This document shows positions 58,630 through 64,000 of a stretch of 64,000 nt of DNA, piece after piece (the first letter of the stretch is position 1; every line of letters starts with the position of its first letter). The translations under genes were made by a program, and so were the position numbers. The notes under the pieces were generated by a model. It worked only from the letters and a program-made list of their open reading frames with translations, was not told where the DNA came from and searched no databases. The stretch spans positions 224,001 through 288,000 of the forward strand of contig CAVYBU010000003.1 in NCBI GenBank assembly GCA_963766735.1, written 5' to 3'. Source of the stretch: an uncultured Chloroflexia bacterium (GTDB lineage Bacteria > Chloroflexota > Limnocylindria > Limnocylindrales > CSP1-4).

Positions 58630-60612
58630 TTGCGCAAGCTGGCCCTCATCGTCGCCGCCGTCCTCCTCGCCGGGCTCGGCCTGGTAGCCCCGGCCACCGC
58701 CCCTGCCGCCTCGGCCGCCACCGGCCCCAAGGTCGCGATCATCGTGGGCGCGACTCATAGCGCCACCGCGCAGTACCGGTCATATGCGGACCAGATCTAC
58801 GCCGAGGCGATCAAGTACACGCCCAACATCATCAAGGTCTACAGCCCAAACGCGACCTGGACCAAGGTCAAGGCCGCGGTCGACGGTGCCTCGATCATCG
58901 TGTACCTCGGACATGGCAACGGATGGCCAAGCCCCTACACGTACGACCCGAACTACACGACCAAGGATGGCTTCGGGCTCAACTACGACGTCAACAAGGA
59001 CGGCAAGCTGAGCGACAACGAGCTCAAGTACTACGGCGAGCCGAAGATCGAGACGCTGACCCCGGCCCCGAACGCCGTCGTCCTCCTGTTCCACCTGTGC
59101 TACGCCTCGGGCAACCCCGAGTCGGGCCCGGAGTCCGACATCACCAAGGCGCAGCAGCGCGTGGACAACTACGCCGCAGCGTTCATCAAGGCGGGCGCGC
59201 GTGCCGTGATCGCGAACGGGCACAGTCATGACCCGTACTACATCCGCGCGCTGTTCACGACCAACCAGACCATCGACGAGTACTGGCGCAACGCCCCGGA
59301 TGCCAACGACAACGTCGCGACCTACGCGTCGGTCCGCAACCCCGGCTCCACGTTCCAGATGGACCCGGAGCGCACGGGTTACTACTACCGGTCCGTCGCC
59401 GGCGACATGGCGCTCACGACCGAGCAGGTCACCGGCGCCAGCGCGTGGAGCATCCCCGCCGATCCGGCGACGTTCGTTCTCCCGAATGCCGAGATCCCGC
59501 TGGCCCGGCTGCTCGACACCCGGGTCGACAACGGCCTGTCGGGCGCGTTCAAGTCCGGGGTCGCCCGCACCTTCCAGGTCGCGGGCCGGGGCGGGGTGCC
59601 CGAGGACGCGGTCGCCGTGACCGGCAACCTCACGGTCACCCGCCAGACGAGCTCGGGCTACATCTCGCTCACCCCGGTCCCCACCAACAGCCCCAAGACC
59701 TCCACCCTCAACTTCCCGCTCACCGACACCCGTGCCAACGGGATCACGGTCCCGCTCGGCGCGGACGGCACCCTCTCGGCCACGTTCAAGGGGGCGTCGG
59801 GCGCCACCACCGCGCTCGTGTTCGACGTCACCGGCTACTTCCTGGCCGGCACGGACGGCGCCAGCTACGTCCCCCTGTCACCGTCCCGGCTGCTCGACAC
59901 CCGGGTCGACAACGGCCTGTCGGGCGCGTTCAAGTCCGGGGTCGCCCGCACCTTCCAGGTCGCGGGCCGGGGCGGGGTGCCCGAGGACGCGGTCGCCGTG
60001 ACCGGCAACCTCACGGTCACCCGCCAGACGAGCTCGGGCTACATCTCGCTCACCCCGGTCCCCACCAACAGCCCCAAGACCTCCACCCTCAACTTCCCGC
60101 TCACCGACACCCGTGCCAACGGGATCACGGTCCCGCTCGGCGCGGACGGCACCCTCTCGGCCACGTTCAAGGGGGCGTCGGGGGCCACCACCGCGCTCGT
60201 GTTCGACGTCACCGGCTACTTCCTGGCCGGCACGGACGGCGCCAGCTACGTCCCCCTGTCACCGTCCCGGCTGCTCGACACCCGGGTCGACAACGGCCTG
60301 TCGGGCGCGTTCAAGTCCGGGGTCGCCCGCACCTTCCAGGTCGCGGGCCGGGGCGGGGTGCCCGAGGACGCGGTCGCCGTGACCGGCAACCTCACGGTCA
60401 CCCGCCAGACGAGCTCGGGCTACATCTCGCTCACCCCGGTCCCCACCAACAGCCCCAAGACCTCCACCCTCAACTTCCCGCTCACCGACACCCGTGCCAA
60501 CGGGATCACGGTCCCGCTCGGCGCGGACGGCACCCTCTCGGCCACGTTCAAGGGGGCGTCGGGCGCCACCACCGCGCTCGTGTTCGACGTCACCGGCTAC
60601 TTCCTGCCCTGA
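58630..60612 (+). CDS. Secreted protein: N-terminal catalytic-like domain + three 127-aa repeat domains
   Basis: Signal peptide after TTG start with GGGAG RBS; repeats of RLLDTR…VPEDAVAVTGNLTVT…FDVTGYF. Confidence 0.85.
   Translation: MRKLALIVAAVLLAGLGLVAPATAPAASAATGPKVAIIVGATHSATAQYRSYADQIYAEAIKYTPNIIKVYSPNATWTKVKAAVDGASIIVYLGHGNGWPSPYTYDPNYTTKDGFGLNYDVNKDGKLSDNELKYYGEPKIETLTPAPNAVVLLFHLCYASGNPESGPESDITKAQQRVDNYAAAFIKAGARAVIANGHSHDPYYIRALFTTNQTIDEYWRNAPDANDNVATYASVRNPGSTFQMDPERTGYYYRSVAGDMALTTEQVTGASAWSIPADPATFVLPNAEIPLARLLDTRVDNGLSGAFKSGVARTFQVAGRGGVPEDAVAVTGNLTVTRQTSSGYISLTPVPTNSPKTSTLNFPLTDTRANGITVPLGADGTLSATFKGASGATTALVFDVTGYFLAGTDGASYVPLSPSRLLDTRVDNGLSGAFKSGVARTFQVAGRGGVPEDAVAVTGNLTVTRQTSSGYISLTPVPTNSPKTSTLNFPLTDTRANGITVPLGADGTLSATFKGASGATTALVFDVTGYFLAGTDGASYVPLSPSRLLDTRVDNGLSGAFKSGVARTFQVAGRGGVPEDAVAVTGNLTVTRQTSSGYISLTPVPTNSPKTSTLNFPLTDTRANGITVPLGADGTLSATFKGASGATTALVFDVTGYFLP
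59504..60606 (+). repeat. Intragenic tandem repeat, 381-bp unit x ~2.9
   Basis: Units start at 59504, 59885 and 60266; I found only one (synonymous) difference between them. Confidence 0.95.
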
Positions 60613-60936
60613 CACCCCCGGGTGCCATCATCGACCGCCTCCTGGCCGGCCGGCCAGGAGGGTTGAGTCCGGTCCTGCCGACGAGGACACCCGACCGGTC
60701 GCGACCGCACTCCGCCACCCACCACGGCACCAGACTGCCCCACACCCCACCGTACCGGGTACCCCGGGACCATGGTCCACTTGGCTATGGTGACTCGCAA
60801 GGGCTAGTCTCAGGTCGTCGTCAGGACTAGGCTTCTGGTCCTGGCAGGCAGCTCCCGTCGAGGCGTGGAGCTGGCAAGCACCCATCGGGCTCCCACCAGG
60901 CAGTCGGATGGACATCCCTCGCCGCTGAGGAAGACT

Positions 60937-63900
60937 GTGACCCGGTCGCGCCCCACGCCTTCTTTCGTTCGCCCCCTCGTCTCGGCCCTGCTTGTCTGGG
61001 TACTCGCCGCATCCGCGTTTCCCGTGCCGCCGCCAGTCCTCGCGGCTCACGCTCCGCAACCGCCGCAGGCGGCCAGCAGCATGGACGCCCCTTCGGTGTC
61101 GCCTGCCGATGCGGCTGCCGCTGACGACACGGTGGGTCAGCGCCCCTCGATCGCATACGAGGAGGCGATGGCCCACGCGGACGACGAGATCGCGTTCGAG
61201 CCCGGCGGCAAGGTCACGCTGGGATTCACGCCGCGCGCCGGCGATCGATGGCCTGTGGACGGCCGCGCTCCCGCGGCGCTGCCCTCGGGCCGCGCCACGG
61301 GCGACCAGATGGCCGACAGCGAGCAGGGAACCGCCTGGGTTGACCTCGATGGCGCGGGCCACGAGCCCGCGGCTGGAGACGTGCCATCCTCGCGGGTCGA
61401 TCCCGGCTCTCCGGTGACCGACGCGTCGACGCCGCTCCCGGAACCGAGCGCCGGACCCGATGTCTCCTCCTCCCAGACAACCGCCCCCTCGGCGACCCCG
61501 GGCGAGATTCCCGTGGATGTTCCCGTGGACGCCCCCCCGGACGGTGGCCTGGCCGTTCCCGCGACGGGTGCCGTCTACACGGCACCGGAGCCGGCACCTG
61601 TGTTCGATATGGCCGCGGCCGCCGGACTCAAGCGCCAGGTCTTCGGCTTCCTGCCGTACTGGGAGCTCTCGGGCGCCTCGACCAAGCTCAACTACGACGT
61701 GCTGTCCACCATCGCGTACTTCTCGGTCGGGGCCGATTCCAAGGGCAACCTGCGCAAGAAGAACGCCGACGGGACCACGACCACCGGCTGGGGCGGCTGG
61801 ACCAGCTCGTCCCTGACCTCGGTCATCAACGACGCGCATTCGCACGGCACGCGCGTCGTGCTGACGATCAGCGTCTTCGCCTGGACCACCTCGCAGGCGA
61901 CGGTCCAGAAGGCGCTGCTCGGCTCGTCCACCGCGCGGCTCAACCTTGCGAAGCAGGCCGCCGCCGCCGTCCGCGACCGTGGCGCCGACGGCGTGAACCT
62001 GGACTTCGAGCCGCTGGCGAGCACCTACGCGGACGAGTTCGTCCTGCTTCTCAAGACGATGCGATCGGAGCTCAACAAGGTGCGCTCCGGCTATCAGCTG
62101 ACCTACGACACCACCGGCTACATCGGCAACTACCCACTGGAAGCCTCCGTGGCGGCCGGTGCGGCCGATGCGATCTTCATCATGGGCTACGACTACCGCA
62201 CATCCGGATCCGCCACCGCCGGGTCCATCGACCCGCTGTCCGGCACCGGCTACGACCTCGCCGACACCGTCCGGGCGTACACGGCACGGGTCAGCCCGTC
62301 GCGGATCATCCTGGGCCTGCCGTGGTACGGCCGCGCCTGGTCGACGGTTTCGGACGCCGTCCGATCCAAGAACCAGAGCGGCGAGAAGTACGGCTACAGC
62401 ACCGCGGTCAACTACGAGTCCCTCGTGGACCTCGTGGCCAAGTACGGCCGCCGCTGGGATGCCGCGGAGCAGAGCCCGTACTTCGTGTACCGGCGCGAGA
62501 ACTGCTCCACGACGTATGGATGCGTCACCAGCTGGCGGCAGGTCTACTACGACGATGCCGCGTCGATGAAGCTGCGCTATGCCCTGGTGAACACCTACAA
62601 CCTCCGCGGTTCCGGCCTGTGGGCGCTGGGCTACGACGGAGGCAACCAGGAGCTCTACCGGGCGATCTCGGAGTCATTCCTGGTGGACAAGGCCGCGCCG
62701 CAGGCCGGCGTGAAGACCCTGACCGCCGCACAGACCGACGAGGGTTTCGTCGTGAACTGGACGGCCAGCGACGCGACGGCAGTGGCGACGTTCGACGTCC
62801 AGGTGTCCATCGACGGGGGCGGGTGGGCGGCGTGGATCACCGGGACTCGTGCCACGAGCGACGTCTGGCTGGGCGACGACGGGCACGGCTATGCGTTCCG
62901 CGTGCGGGCCACGGACACCAAGGGCAACGCGGGAACCTGGAACGTCGTCTCCGTGTACAACGCGAAACCGGCGATCACCGTGGGCGGGTTTGGGCGCGTT
63001 GTCGCGGACGGACTCTCGTACCGCACGGGACCCGACACGGCGGCCGGCAAGCTGGGCACCCTGCCCGCGGGCACGATCGTCGCGTTCACCCGTGGACCGG
63101 TCTCGGCCGACGGCTACACCTGGTACGAGGTCACCCAGCCCGTCGCTGAGTGGTCGCCGGTCTCGTTCGTTGAGCGCGGCGTCTGGCTGGCGATCGGATC
63201 GTCCACGACCACGTACGTCACCGCATACCGCGCCCCGAACAGCACCATCGTGGATGCCGGCCTGACCGACATGGACTTCGGCACCGGCCCATCGGCCGTC
63301 GGGACGGCGCCCGGCGCGGTCTCACGGCGACTGCTCTCGCCCGACGGCGACGGCTTCGAGGACAGCCTCCGCCTGCGATGGTCGAACATGCTTGGCTTCG
63401 ACGCGATGCAGCTCAACGTGTACCGCACCGACGGCACGCTTGTCGGATCCCGGACGGTGACAGGCCTCTCTGCCGGGGCGAGGACGTGGGATTGGGACGG
63501 CCGGGTCGGCACTTCGTTCGTGGCCGACGGCCGCTACATGCTTCAACTGGTCGGGACGGCCGCGGGCAGGACCTACCAGGCGCCATCGAGTCGCCCCGTG
63601 ACGACCGCCCAGGTCGCGGCCTACGCTGTCACCGTCGATACCAGCCACCCCCACTCCAGCTACGTCCCGCTCGCCCCGGCCCGGGTGCTCGACACGCGGT
63701 CCGGCAACGGCCTGTCGGGCGCGTTCAAGTCCGGGGTCGCCCGCACCTTCCAGGTCGCGGGCCAGGGCGGGGTGCCCGATGACGCGGTCGCCGTGACCGG
63801 CAACCTCACGGTCACCCGCCAGACGAGCAGCGGCTACGTCGCGCTGACCACGAGCCCCACCAACAGCCCCAAGACCTCCACCCTCAACTTCCCCAAGGGC

Positions 63901-64000
63901 GACACCCGGGCCAACGGCGTCACGGTCCAGCTCGACACGAAGGGCAGGCTCTCGGCCACGTTCCGGGGAGCGTCGGGGGCCACCACCGCGCTCGTGTTCG
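60937..64000 (+). CDS. Secreted GH18-family glycoside hydrolase, multidomain, 3' partial (absent from the ORF track)
   Basis: GTG start with GAGGA RBS and signal peptide; in-frame VFGFLPYW, DGVNLDFEP, IMGYDY, LGLPWYG, LWALGYD; then FN3-like, SH3-like and Ig-like segments and one 127-aa repeat. Confidence 0.88.
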   Translation, partial: MTRSRPTPSFVRPLVSALLVWVLAASAFPVPPPVLAAHAPQPPQAASSMDAPSVSPADAAAADDTVGQRPSIAYEEAMAHADDEIAFEPGGKVTLGFTPRAGDRWPVDGRAPAALPSGRATGDQMADSEQGTAWVDLDGAGHEPAAGDVPSSRVDPGSPVTDASTPLPEPSAGPDVSSSQTTAPSATPGEIPVDVPVDAPPDGGLAVPATGAVYTAPEPAPVFDMAAAAGLKRQVFGFLPYWELSGASTKLNYDVLSTIAYFSVGADSKGNLRKKNADGTTTTGWGGWTSSSLTSVINDAHSHGTRVVLTISVFAWTTSQATVQKALLGSSTARLNLAKQAAAAVRDRGADGVNLDFEPLASTYADEFVLLLKTMRSELNKVRSGYQLTYDTTGYIGNYPLEASVAAGAADAIFIMGYDYRTSGSATAGSIDPLSGTGYDLADTVRAYTARVSPSRIILGLPWYGRAWSTVSDAVRSKNQSGEKYGYSTAVNYESLVDLVAKYGRRWDAAEQSPYFVYRRENCSTTYGCVTSWRQVYYDDAASMKLRYALVNTYNLRGSGLWALGYDGGNQELYRAISESFLVDKAAPQAGVKTLTAAQTDEGFVVNWTASDATAVATFDVQVSIDGGGWAAWITGTRATSDVWLGDDGHGYAFRVRATDTKGNAGTWNVVSVYNAKPAITVGGFGRVVADGLSYRTGPDTAAGKLGTLPAGTIVAFTRGPVSADGYTWYEVTQPVAEWSPVSFVERGVWLAIGSSTTTYVTAYRAPNSTIVDAGLTDMDFGTGPSAVGTAPGAVSRRLLSPDGDGFEDSLRLRWSNMLGFDAMQLNVYRTDGTLVGSRTVTGLSAGARTWDWDGRVGTSFVADGRYMLQLVGTAAGRTYQAPSSRPVTTAQVAAYAVTVDTSHPHSSYVPLAPARVLDTRSGNGLSGAFKSGVARTFQVAGQGGVPDDAVAVTGNLTVTRQTSSGYVALTTSPTNSPKTSTLNFPKGDTRANGVTVQLDTKGRLSATFRGASGATTALVF

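Noticed and set aside
59504-60606. CRISPR or mobile-element origin for the long repeats
   Set aside because: In-frame 381-bp coding units with no spacers, cas genes, terminal repeats or transposase
60781-60936. c-di-AMP or c-di-GMP riboswitch upstream of the GH18 gene
   Set aside because: Hairpins are present but I could not find the conserved ydaO or GEMM motifs

Overview
This 64-kb window is high-GC bacterial chromosome with no rRNA, tRNA, CRISPR array or transposase that I could recognise. Gene content (R3H/Ycf45-type protein, tmk…darA, GuaB3-guaA, UPF0182, mreBC) resembles Chloroflexota, which is an inference. Left to right it carries: a vapBC pair; a ynbAB/plsC-like lipid cluster; a partner-switching signalling island; tldD/pmbA; a membrane-bound group 1 [NiFe]-hydrogenase operon; housekeeping genes (tmk, darA, proline dehydrogenase, ppk2, GuaB3, guaA, radC, mreBC, rmlABD); cyclic-nucleotide signalling genes; a candidate structured ncRNA; and two secreted proteins sharing a 127-aa repeat domain. 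The best candidate for an undescribed system is at 7127-18761. Four tandem paralogous membrane receptors each stop right after the first half of a GAF domain. The downstream PP2C-phosphatase/anti-sigma-kinase starts with the complementary second half, suggesting interchangeable 'split-GAF' sensors that dock on one output enzyme. Three promoters around the divergent SARP/BTAD activator share the architecture CGTAACG-N20-CANNNT-N6-8-ATG. All calls come from reading motifs by eye; no searches were run.
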